Assembly: GCA_964452945.1 (NCBI GenBank)
Contig: CAYVOB010000001.1
Coordinates: 1-57,301, forward strand
Direction: 5' to 3'
Length of the DNA stretch: 57,301 bases
Source: an uncultured Bdellovibrionales bacterium
GTDB taxonomy: Bacteria; Bdellovibrionota; JAFGOL01
Position numbers and translations under genes: made by a program. Each line of letters opens with the position of its first letter. Position 1 is the first letter of the stretch. Shown one piece after another: positions 18,798-26,634 of the stretch. The notes beneath the pieces are model-generated. The model was not told the DNA's origin, ran no database searches, and worked only from the letters and a program-made list of their open reading frames with translations.

Positions 18798-19298
18798 CTA
18801 TTTCTTACTGCAGGTGTCACCATCCTGCATTTCGAGAACCTTTGTATCTACTTGCTCGTTCATAACACTTCTTCCACCCAAACAGATCCCCATCGCTTGC
18901 CCCATAGAAAGTCCGTCTGTAAGACGAGCTTCCAGGCCACTACGATCCCCTCTGGTCATAAAAGTAAGCAGTATGCTCGCCGTTGACTTGTCCAAACCTA
19001 TATTCATTCCAGGGGTACCGCTATCATCACCGAATTGATTATATACAAAGAAGTATTGCCCGTCAGCAGGAGTTTTTCCAGCAGGGTTCTTTGTACTCTT
19101 AACTTCGGTTGTAACCTCAGACCTATTCATCAGAGAACCTATCACAATGTTCTTTAATGATCTTTGTACAACCTGGACCCTATTAACGGTTATGTACGCC
19201 TGATATATAAAGAATATCATGACAACGACGAATGGTATCAAGAGAACCGTCTCAAGCATTGCCTGTCCTTTTTTAGAACCCGTTGTCGGCGATAACAT
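18798..19298 (-). CDS. TadE-like pseudopilin
   Basis: 166 aa. N-terminus GSKKGQAMLETVLLIPFVVVMIFFIY (short basic leader, G-Q junction, Glu at +5, hydrophobic helix). Confidence 0.6.
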   Translation of the reverse strand: MLSPTTGSKKGQAMLETVLLIPFVVVMIFFIYQAYITVNRVQVVQRSLKNIVIGSLMNRSEVTTEVKSTKNPAGKTPADGQYFFVYNQFGDDSGTPGMNIGLDKSTASILLTFMTRGDRSGLEARLTDGLSMGQAMGICLGGRSVMNEQVDTKVLEMQDGDTCSKK

Positions 19299-19836
19299 TA
19301 AGTACCGAACCTCCTGTTGCTGAAGAAGCTAGACAATCCATCCATTTGTTCTTTGGATCCATTGCACACTGAGAATGGTCATCCGAGATCTCACTACCGG
19401 TCATGGATTCTAAGGCCAGCATCAGCTGATTTCCACTACTCCTTGTAATTATACCCGGTAACAAGTAATTAGCATAAACAGAACATGCTATACCGGCATT
19501 GGAGGATATATTAAAGCCTGACGGGAAACCATAGTCCATGATACCCCTGAACCCATTTGAAGGATTAAGGTCGCATACTGGTGCAGAAACAGCAGTTATA
19601 ACGGAAGCTCCGTCATATTTTGCTTTTACTTCGTTAGCCCTACTCAACTTATCACCATATGACTTTGACGACGCAAGTATTGCCCTTCCGATCATGAAGA
19701 CCTCATAACTTCTATAATGTAAGGCAGCAAATGATACTGCAAAATAAAAGGCATAGATTATAACGCTTATCACGAGCACGAACATCATGACAAACTCCAC
19801 AGCGACCTGTCCTTTTTTAGATCCCTTTGATCTCAA
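19273..19836 (-). CDS. TadE-like pseudopilin
   Basis: 187 aa. N-terminus MRSKGSKKGQVAVEFVMMFVLVISVIIYAFY. Confidence 0.6.
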   Translation of the reverse strand: MRSKGSKKGQVAVEFVMMFVLVISVIIYAFYFAVSFAALHYRSYEVFMIGRAILASSKSYGDKLSRANEVKAKYDGASVITAVSAPVCDLNPSNGFRGIMDYGFPSGFNISSNAGIACSVYANYLLPGIITRSSGNQLMLALESMTGSEISDDHSQCAMDPKNKWMDCLASSATGGSVLNVIADNGF

Positions 19837-20138
19837 ATCCAGCCACCTTTTATGTAACTGTAAGGATGTTTACTACCGGTATTGCTGACAGGCCCGTACA
19901 TCAAGGGCGCCTGACCGCTAGTCACAGTACCGTTAGCTTCGTTGAACTGATCTTGATAGAAATCCCTTGAATAGCCGTAGCGGACCTGTGAGACGACTTC
20001 ATACTTAAGCCATGAATCCATTTTTCCAAAAACGTTCTTATTGATGTAAGAAATAGTCGCGACCAATATGGGAACAAGGACTGCTATCATCAGTAAGAAT
20101 TCGACTGTAGCTTGACCTTTCCTTTTACCCAACCCCAT
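19833..20138 (-). CDS. TadE-like minor pilin
   Basis: 101 aa. N-terminus MGLGKRKGQATVEFLLMIAVLVPILVATI. Confidence 0.6.
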   Translation of the reverse strand: MGLGKRKGQATVEFLLMIAVLVPILVATISYINKNVFGKMDSWLKYEVVSQVRYGYSRDFYQDQFNEANGTVTSGQAPLMYGPVSNTGSKHPYSYIKGGWI

Positions 20139-20168
20139 ATATAGACCCTCAACGTAAAGTATAACCCT

Positions 20169-20375
20169 TTATTGGGTTTTCTGCCAACCACTTGTTTGTG
20201 ATGTTGAGAGCTTTTCTATAACCTGATTTTTCATGAAAAGTTCTATCGCACCTTGTTGACCATCCCATCCATAAAAGATGTCCTGAACATGTACCACTAC
20301 CTTCCAGAATATAGCTGCAATAACGACCATAAGAAGAAGATACTCTACGGTCGCCTGTCCTTTTTTAGAGACCAT
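20169..20375 (-). CDS. flp: Flp-family prepilin
   Basis: 68 aa. MVSKKG/QATVEYLLLMVVIAAIF fits the Flp G/xxxxEY processing motif. Confidence 0.7.
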   Translation of the reverse strand: MVSKKGQATVEYLLLMVVIAAIFWKVVVHVQDIFYGWDGQQGAIELFMKNQVIEKLSTSQTSGWQKTQ

Positions 20376-20377
20376 TA

Positions 20378-20569
20378 TTACTGACCAGACTGTTCTACCG
20401 TATCCAATCCTTTGGAAACCTTTCCAGTTGCCTTTTCTACCAGGCCCTGGAATTGTTTAGGCATAAATTTAGCGACTACAACTACTATAGCTACCAGCAC
20501 GGCTAGTATAAGTATGTATTCCGTCGCACTCTGTCCTCTTTTATTAAAAAAAGTTCTAAGACCTTTCAT
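20378..20569 (-). CDS. flp: Flp-family prepilin
   Basis: 63 aa. MKGLRTFFNKRG/QSATEYILILAVLVAIVVVVA. A strong Shine-Dalgarno sequence (GAGGGGAGG) and a consensus promoter lie upstream. Confidence 0.7.
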   Translation of the reverse strand: MKGLRTFFNKRGQSATEYILILAVLVAIVVVVAKFMPKQFQGLVEKATGKVSKGLDTVEQSGQ

Positions 20570-20610
20570 TCCCTACCTCCCCTCTTAAAGATTTTATCTT
20601 TTGCTCTATT

Positions 20611-20639
20611 ATTATAGTATATCTATGCAAATTTGTCAA
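20611..20639 (-). promoter_or_regulatory. consensus sigma-70 promoter driving the flp genes
   Basis: The minus strand reads TTGACA-AATTTGCATAGATATAC(17 nt)-TATAAT. It sits about 40 nt upstream of the flp ATG and right after the stop of the upstream FHA gene. Confidence 0.7.
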
Positions 20640-20659
20640 TACCATCCCAAAAACCTTTT

Positions 20660-22774
20660 TCATAATTTAGTGCCACACCTTTTTTTAGCTCTCTCCGCAG
20701 CATTATTGTAATACTTACTTCCAGGTATCGCTATCTCCAACACCCTATTATACAAAGGGCATGCAGTTGCAAGATCAGAAACACTTTCTGCTATAGCAGC
20801 TCTTGCAAAGATCTCCCTTGCTTCTTCATCCAAAGCTTCCTTGGATTTATTTATACCGTCCTTTGCCTCCTTGTTCTTGTAGTCCATCTTCAAGACCCTT
20901 TTATAAGCATCTATGGCCTCTTTATATCTACCGTTGGTATAAGCCTCCATAGCACCGCTCAGCTCTGGTGTAACAGCCTCTTTAAGAAGATTGCTGGCCG
21001 AACCCAAAAGTGTTTTGCACTCGTTCTTTATCTGTGTGATCCTTTCTCCGTCGCTGGGTGGATAAGCTACACACTTCTGGAATGTTTCTATGGCCTTTCT
21101 GTACTCCTTAGTGGCGTGATACCTTTTCCCCTCAGCAAGCACTTTCTCATACTTGGAAAGTGTAACAAGGTATTTCGCTCTCTCGTCAGCAAGCATCTTC
21201 TTTTTAGATTCCATTGCCTCTATCTGATCCGCTAGCGCTTTTGCTTTCTCATTATTGGGGTCTATCTCGAATATCTTGGAGATCAGGTCTTTTACTTGAT
21301 CATATTTTTTTTGTCGCATCAGTGACTCAGCATCCTGAAGGTATAGGGCCACCTTTTTTTCCAGTTCCTTCCTGACCACTGCCTCTTCTTCTTCTTTCTT
21401 TTGAGCCAGGAGTTTTTCCTTTTCTGTATTAGCTGCATTCAAAAGTTCTTTTGCCTTATCCCAGTCAGGGACTTCGGTAAGTATTTGTTGTGCCATATCC
21501 TCGGCAAGCTCGAACTGATAGTTCTTGAACAGCTTAAGTGCCACTTCATATTTAGCCAGTAATTCTTTTTGTACCGTTAATGTACGTTGACAAAAAGATC
21601 CCGTCTCCTCACATTTTACTTCCGGAATAGCCTCTTCTGCGGGAGCTGCCTGTGGTTCAACATTATTATTGTTAACAGGCGCAGGCTGTTCCTGTTTGCT
21701 CCCTTTTCCCAACAAGATCACAGCTACAACGACTATAAGTCCAACGATCAGGATTATTGGTATTAGTTTATTCTTCTTTATAGCTTCTTTAGCACCTTCT
21801 TTAAAGCCATAGGACTTCTCTATCTTTCTTATAGCGGTATCACTTGGTACCGCAGAGATCTTCTCTACGGATCCATGCTTTGATCCTGTGGTTTGACCTA
21901 TATCCTTAACACCCTGGATGTTCTGCACTTGGGGATTTACGACCATAAAGCGGAGTATAGAGGAACCAATCTCTATAATGTCTCCGCTAGTAAGAAGGAC
22001 CGGCTCAAGAGTTTTTTTGCCATTTACTCTTGTGCCGTTAGCACTATCAAGATCGACTACAAAATAGTCAACACCCTGCCTATAGAACCTGGTATGCTCT
22101 CTGGATACAAGATCATCTATAAGAGATATATCAGCTTTTTTTCCTCTACCGGCTATCATCACGTCTTTTTCAAGAGTGAATACTTTATCCTTGTGCGGAC
22201 CACTTATAGCGATGAGTTGATATAAAAGATATGCTGGCCCCACCATTGTAGCATCGGAGACTACCTGTCTTGACTCTGTTGTCTTTTCCTCTTTTTTACC
22301 AGCAACAGGCTCTACTTTTTCTTCTACCTTTTCTTTTTCTTCATCTTTTTCTTTTTCCGTAGGCTCTTTTGCTTCTTCTTGTTCAGGCGTGACGGTCTCT
22401 TCCTTTACAGGTTCAACCTCTGCGCTCATAGTAAAAAAATCAAAGTCGTCCTGTTTTTTCTTTGGCTTTTCTGACTCACTCGAACCTGCTTTTGCATCGA
22501 ACATCACTGTCACGTCACCTATGGATACACTCTCACCATCCTTTAATTCACCTTTTTCTATATCTTCACCATTCTTGTTTATCATGCCAAATTTTGCTTT
22601 CTTAGAGAAAGAAAGAGTTTCGGCATCCTTTACATTGAATTCAATGTGTTTACGAGACACGTTGTCTTCCGGTATACAGATGTCGCAACTTTCTGTACGA
22701 CCAAGGACAAAAGAATCCCTTTTTATATCGAACTCTTTAATGAGCTTGTTTGCTTTAAAAACCTTTATTTTCAT
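20660..22774 (-). CDS. membrane protein with two cytoplasmic FHA domains and a periplasmic TPR-rich domain
   Basis: 704 aa. FHA1: LGRTESCDICIPEDNVSRKHIEF. Acidic E/K linker. FHA2: AGRGKKADISLIDDLVSREHTRF..VVDLDSANGTRVNG. One transmembrane helix (LIPIILIVGLIVVVAVILLG). The C-terminal part has TPR-like repeats. Confidence 0.8.
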   Translation of the reverse strand: MKIKVFKANKLIKEFDIKRDSFVLGRTESCDICIPEDNVSRKHIEFNVKDAETLSFSKKAKFGMINKNGEDIEKGELKDGESVSIGDVTVMFDAKAGSSESEKPKKKQDDFDFFTMSAEVEPVKEETVTPEQEEAKEPTEKEKDEEKEKVEEKVEPVAGKKEEKTTESRQVVSDATMVGPAYLLYQLIAISGPHKDKVFTLEKDVMIAGRGKKADISLIDDLVSREHTRFYRQGVDYFVVDLDSANGTRVNGKKTLEPVLLTSGDIIEIGSSILRFMVVNPQVQNIQGVKDIGQTTGSKHGSVEKISAVPSDTAIRKIEKSYGFKEGAKEAIKKNKLIPIILIVGLIVVVAVILLGKGSKQEQPAPVNNNNVEPQAAPAEEAIPEVKCEETGSFCQRTLTVQKELLAKYEVALKLFKNYQFELAEDMAQQILTEVPDWDKAKELLNAANTEKEKLLAQKKEEEEAVVRKELEKKVALYLQDAESLMRQKKYDQVKDLISKIFEIDPNNEKAKALADQIEAMESKKKMLADERAKYLVTLSKYEKVLAEGKRYHATKEYRKAIETFQKCVAYPPSDGERITQIKNECKTLLGSASNLLKEAVTPELSGAMEAYTNGRYKEAIDAYKRVLKMDYKNKEAKDGINKSKEALDEEAREIFARAAIAESVSDLATACPLYNRVLEIAIPGSKYYNNAAERAKKRCGTKL

Positions 22775-23748
22775 TATTCAAAAACTTCCCCTCTTCTTTT
22801 TTCGGTCATATTTTTCCACTTCTCGGCTTCTTTGAATAGATTCGAATCCGCTTGTCTGTTGTTAAGGTTCAAAACCTCATTAAAATTCCTCAATGCATCC
22901 TCATAACGCTTTTGGGCGAACATCTTTTTCCCTATGGATAGATATTTCTGGCTTTCCTCTTCTATCTTCTTGTTGGTTTGACCTGCGGCTGTTTTAGCCC
23001 TTGTATGGCCTGGATAAAAGGCAACCGCTTTTCTGAACTCTTCCAATGCTCTCGAATAATTCTGCAACCTGAATTCTCTTTGTCCCTCAAAATAACGAGC
23101 ATTAGCCTGATCGAATAATTCCCGTTCATCGTCAGGTATCTTTTTTCTGAACCTGGCATCCTCTTCATCGCTGAACATATCATTGTTGTTATTCTGGTTC
23201 TGTCCAGATGTATTAACGGCCTGGTCCTTATCGGACCCTTCTTTAGATTTCTCCTGTGACGGCAACATCAATATAAAAATGACCAGAAGTAATAAAACCC
23301 CGCCGTATATAACGAACCTCTTGTTCTTAATACCTTTAGCTCCTGTTGTCGAAGACGGTATATTAAAATCCATAGAAGACGAAGATATCCCTGGTATTGT
23401 CCTTTCTGGACTTTTTGACTGTGATGGTTCATTGAGCCTTAGTTCCTCAACATCTTTTTCTGCATACATGTACTCATGGTTCCCAATAGAGAACACATCA
23501 CCTGATACGAGATAATGTTCCTTTACTTTTTTACCGTTAACAAGAATACCATTACTGGAATTAAGGTCTTTTATTACAAAGGAATCATTCACTCTTATAA
23601 GTTCTGCATGATTCCTTGATGCTGATGAATCAGTTACAACTATATCATTATCTGCAGAGCGGCCAAAGCGTACACTGCTGCCTTTGATCCTGAATTGTGC
23701 TCCAGCATCGTTACCCTTTAGTATCTCTATTCTTGCTTCCTTTGCCAT
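22774..23748 (-). CDS. membrane protein with an FHA domain and TPR repeats
   Basis: 324 aa. FHA: FGRSADNDIVVTDSSASRNHAELI..IKDLNSSNGILVNG. Transmembrane helix FVIYGGVLLLLVIFILML. C-terminal TPR-like repeats. Its stop overlaps the start of the next gene (TAATG). Confidence 0.8.
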   Translation of the reverse strand: MAKEARIEILKGNDAGAQFRIKGSSVRFGRSADNDIVVTDSSASRNHAELIRVNDSFVIKDLNSSNGILVNGKKVKEHYLVSGDVFSIGNHEYMYAEKDVEELRLNEPSQSKSPERTIPGISSSSMDFNIPSSTTGAKGIKNKRFVIYGGVLLLLVIFILMLPSQEKSKEGSDKDQAVNTSGQNQNNNNDMFSDEEDARFRKKIPDDERELFDQANARYFEGQREFRLQNYSRALEEFRKAVAFYPGHTRAKTAAGQTNKKIEEESQKYLSIGKKMFAQKRYEDALRNFNEVLNLNNRQADSNLFKEAEKWKNMTEKRRGEVFE

Positions 23749-23754
23749 ATCCTT

Positions 23755-25374
23755 TTATACCATCTCCACGCTGACGCAGTGATACGTAAACTCTCCCCTG
23801 TCATTTTTTATACCGCTTACCCCTATCCTGTATACCTTATCACTAACTATTGCCTCCTCGCTAAGATCCTGTCCCATTTCATCGAACCTGGCAATAAGGC
23901 TCAAGATAACACCAAGTATCCTTTGCTCCTTGATCGCGTCCACTAAAGGGATCCCGTGCCAATCAGAAGCTCTGTACGTAGTAATAGTAGAAAAAGCCTG
24001 ATTGGCAGAAACTATCGTATTTGAGTTATCCAATACAAAAAAAGGTACTTTAAGTGAACGACCAACTGAATCGAAGATAAGGATGTTGTCTATACCGCCA
24101 TGCATGTCATGCAGCGATTCTGGTGCATTCTCATAAAAGACCTTAGCAGAAGCCCTTCTAGATTTTCTTATAAGTATGTTCAAAAGCTCTACTAGGTCCA
24201 TTCCCTCCCTGGTACCAAAGCTATAATTAACTCTTTTTGCTTCACCCTTGAGAGCGAGATCAAGCTCGTCGTATATCCTGACAAAAGGCAGAGTGAATAG
24301 CCTAGAAAAGAACATCGCAATTAACACGCCAATAAAGCAAGCTATAGCCATACCGACCAATATCCTTTGCCAAGCACCCGCCATGCTATTCTGTATACCA
24401 GAGGTGCCGAACATAAGTGTGGCAAAACCAACGATCACGTTCTGGCCCTCTCCTTCAGAATAGACCTTTATTGGCGATGTAACAATATACTCTCCGTTAC
24501 CCACAGAAAAAACATCCGCGCTCCTTTTGTAAACATTGGCGCCTATTTTTACAGTATCTTCCTTAAATTCTATTGTTCCTTTTAGTATCTCCTTTATCCT
24601 GTCCATTACAGCACCGGGGATCTGGTCTCCTGCTCTATCAGCTGGAGCGAGTATCTTTCCGTTTAGGTCAGTAATGGCGGACCATTCCACACCAGGAACA
24701 TCTTCGGCTGCTTTGATAGAAGGGATCTCTTCACTCTCTGTAGTGACAGTATTCTTGTTTTCTTCTGCAAGCAGGTTCGAAAGATATACAGCCCTCTGTG
24801 CAGCCTCATTATCAAGCAACATACTGTCAAACTGGATCACAGGTACGGTAACTATGAGCGTAATGGCAACTATACTAACAAGCAGCACTATCGATATAAT
24901 CACTGATACGGAATATCTTTTTGATATTTCCTCAAAGAAAGGCATTACAGTCGTCTCAAGGAAAGAATCAATACTCCCTTTTAAGCCCGGAATCCTTGTT
25001 CTTGGTTTACCCCTATATTCAAATTCATAATCATCACTTTGTTGTCCCTCTGGGACAGAAAAGCTGGACATATCTTCGATTTTAACATCACCTTTAACCA
25101 GCTGGTATACGTGATCATGTATCGCTATTTTATCACCGGCGTTGATCTCTTTTTTCTTAACCATAACACCATTAACGAAGGTACCATTCTTGGAACCAAG
25201 GTCTATTATACTTACAATGCTGCCCTTAACATTTATGTTGGCATGCTTTTTTGATACACCGTTAGAAGCGATCTTTATATCCGCACCATCGGCACGACCT
25301 ATAATGTTATCTCCTTCTTTAAGTATCGATGACCTTGCCGAGCTCTGGCCGCTTAAACATATCAGGCGGAACAT
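23755..25374 (-). CDS. FHA-domain membrane protein with a periplasmic sensor-like loop and a HAMP/PAS-like C-terminus
   Basis: 539 aa. FHA: IGRADGADIKIASNGVSKKHANI..IIDLGSKNGTFVNG. Two transmembrane helices flank a loop of about 150 aa. A cytoplasmic C-terminal domain follows, with no kinase or other output motif visible. Confidence 0.75.
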   Translation of the reverse strand: MFRLICLSGQSSARSSILKEGDNIIGRADGADIKIASNGVSKKHANINVKGSIVSIIDLGSKNGTFVNGVMVKKKEINAGDKIAIHDHVYQLVKGDVKIEDMSSFSVPEGQQSDDYEFEYRGKPRTRIPGLKGSIDSFLETTVMPFFEEISKRYSVSVIISIVLLVSIVAITLIVTVPVIQFDSMLLDNEAAQRAVYLSNLLAEENKNTVTTESEEIPSIKAAEDVPGVEWSAITDLNGKILAPADRAGDQIPGAVMDRIKEILKGTIEFKEDTVKIGANVYKRSADVFSVGNGEYIVTSPIKVYSEGEGQNVIVGFATLMFGTSGIQNSMAGAWQRILVGMAIACFIGVLIAMFFSRLFTLPFVRIYDELDLALKGEAKRVNYSFGTREGMDLVELLNILIRKSRRASAKVFYENAPESLHDMHGGIDNILIFDSVGRSLKVPFFVLDNSNTIVSANQAFSTITTYRASDWHGIPLVDAIKEQRILGVILSLIARFDEMGQDLSEEAIVSDKVYRIGVSGIKNDRGEFTYHCVSVEMV

Positions 25375-25700
25375 CTTATAACCTCCCCGATCTTTAACGA
25401 CTTTGATTCTATAGTACCACTATAAAGCTCTAGCGTGCTCTTTGCCTTAAATCTTGGTTTGCATATTCTCCACGGTCTTACATTACTTTCCATATCTACG
25501 ATCGCGTTATTAGCATCAAGATATACAGCATCTATATTATTGATCATGAACAATGTATGTATCCAATTGCATCTCGGTATCAGCAGACCATCTCCCTCGT
25601 TTATTGATCGCTTTAACATAAAGCCCCTAAATCTCAAAAAAACAGATTCCGCTCTTTCTACATTGTCAGCTATCATTCTTTCGCCAGAGGATATTTTCAT
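25362..25700 (-). CDS. DUF192 (COG1430)-like small protein
   Basis: 112 aa. The pattern RFRGFMLK..GDGLLIP.CNWIHTLFM...IDAVYLD..N.IV......PW......KA.STLELYSGT fits my recollection of DUF192. It overlaps both neighbours (4 nt and 13 nt). Confidence 0.6.
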   Translation of the reverse strand: MKISSGERMIADNVERAESVFLRFRGFMLKRSINEGDGLLIPRCNWIHTLFMINNIDAVYLDANNAIVDMESNVRPWRICKPRFKAKSTLELYSGTIESKSLKIGEVIRCSA

Positions 25701-26596
25701 CCGCCATAAACCTTCTTTAAGATGATCGGACCGAATATAACTATAAAAACTGCCGGAAGTATGAATATTGCCATCGGGATCAATATCTTTGTCGCCGCTT
25801 TTCCGGCCTTAGCCTCGGCTGACATAAACCGTTCATGCCTGATAGAATCTGATTGTGCTCTAAGTACATCCCCTACGGGAGATCCCATCCTTTCAGCCGT
25901 AACAAGAACAGAGACAAAAGAAGTTATCTCCTTAAGACCGATCCTGTCTGCCATGTTCTTTAACGCTTCACTTCTCATGGCACCAAGCTGTATCTCCTTT
26001 AGCACTATCTCGAACTCTGACCTTAAAGGTCCAGGCTGTCCCTTTTCCACGACCTTGCCCATAGCTCCATTAAAATCAAGTCCAGCTTCCACACAAAGAG
26101 TTAAAAGATCGACCACAAATGGCATCTCTCTCTTTACTTGATCTTGGCGTTTTACGATAACACCGTTTATCCAGAACTGTGGATAATACCAGCCAAAAAA
26201 AGCAAATATGGGGGCATACATTACAGGAAGCCCAAAACCCAAAATGAAGTTATATATGTAAACTGCGAACGGAAGAGAGAATGCAAACACGACCCTGTAA
26301 GCATACATGTCGTCTGGAGAAAAAACGTCCCTCAACCCAGCACTAGAGAGTTTCTTTCTCATTTTTTCCCTATACTTCTCTAGCTTCCACTTTGTAACAC
26401 TGGGTAATATCCTTCTTACCAGAGGATACATCACCTTCAACACCGGCGATGGAAAATCTTTTTTGATCAGGCCTATCCCAAGCCTTTCTTGATCATCGAT
26501 GGAAAGCTCTTCACCTACGATAAGTTTGACAAGGATATATATAGCTATGCCAATAAGTATTGCTGCAATAATGAGTGTAATAGTGCCCATCCCCAT
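25697..26596 (-). CDS. tadC: Tad platform protein, TadC-like (T2SSF domain)
   Basis: 299 aa polytopic protein with the core MPFVVDLLTLCVEAGLDFNGAM..MADRIGLKEITSFVSVLVTAERMGSPVGDVLR. Confidence 0.8.
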   Translation of the reverse strand: MGMGTITLIIAAILIGIAIYILVKLIVGEELSIDDQERLGIGLIKKDFPSPVLKVMYPLVRRILPSVTKWKLEKYREKMRKKLSSAGLRDVFSPDDMYAYRVVFAFSLPFAVYIYNFILGFGLPVMYAPIFAFFGWYYPQFWINGVIVKRQDQVKREMPFVVDLLTLCVEAGLDFNGAMGKVVEKGQPGPLRSEFEIVLKEIQLGAMRSEALKNMADRIGLKEITSFVSVLVTAERMGSPVGDVLRAQSDSIRHERFMSAEAKAGKAATKILIPMAIFILPAVFIVIFGPIILKKVYGG

Positions 26597-26634
26597 AGGT
26601 ATTATTATACAACATGGCCTTTGGAATTAAAGGA

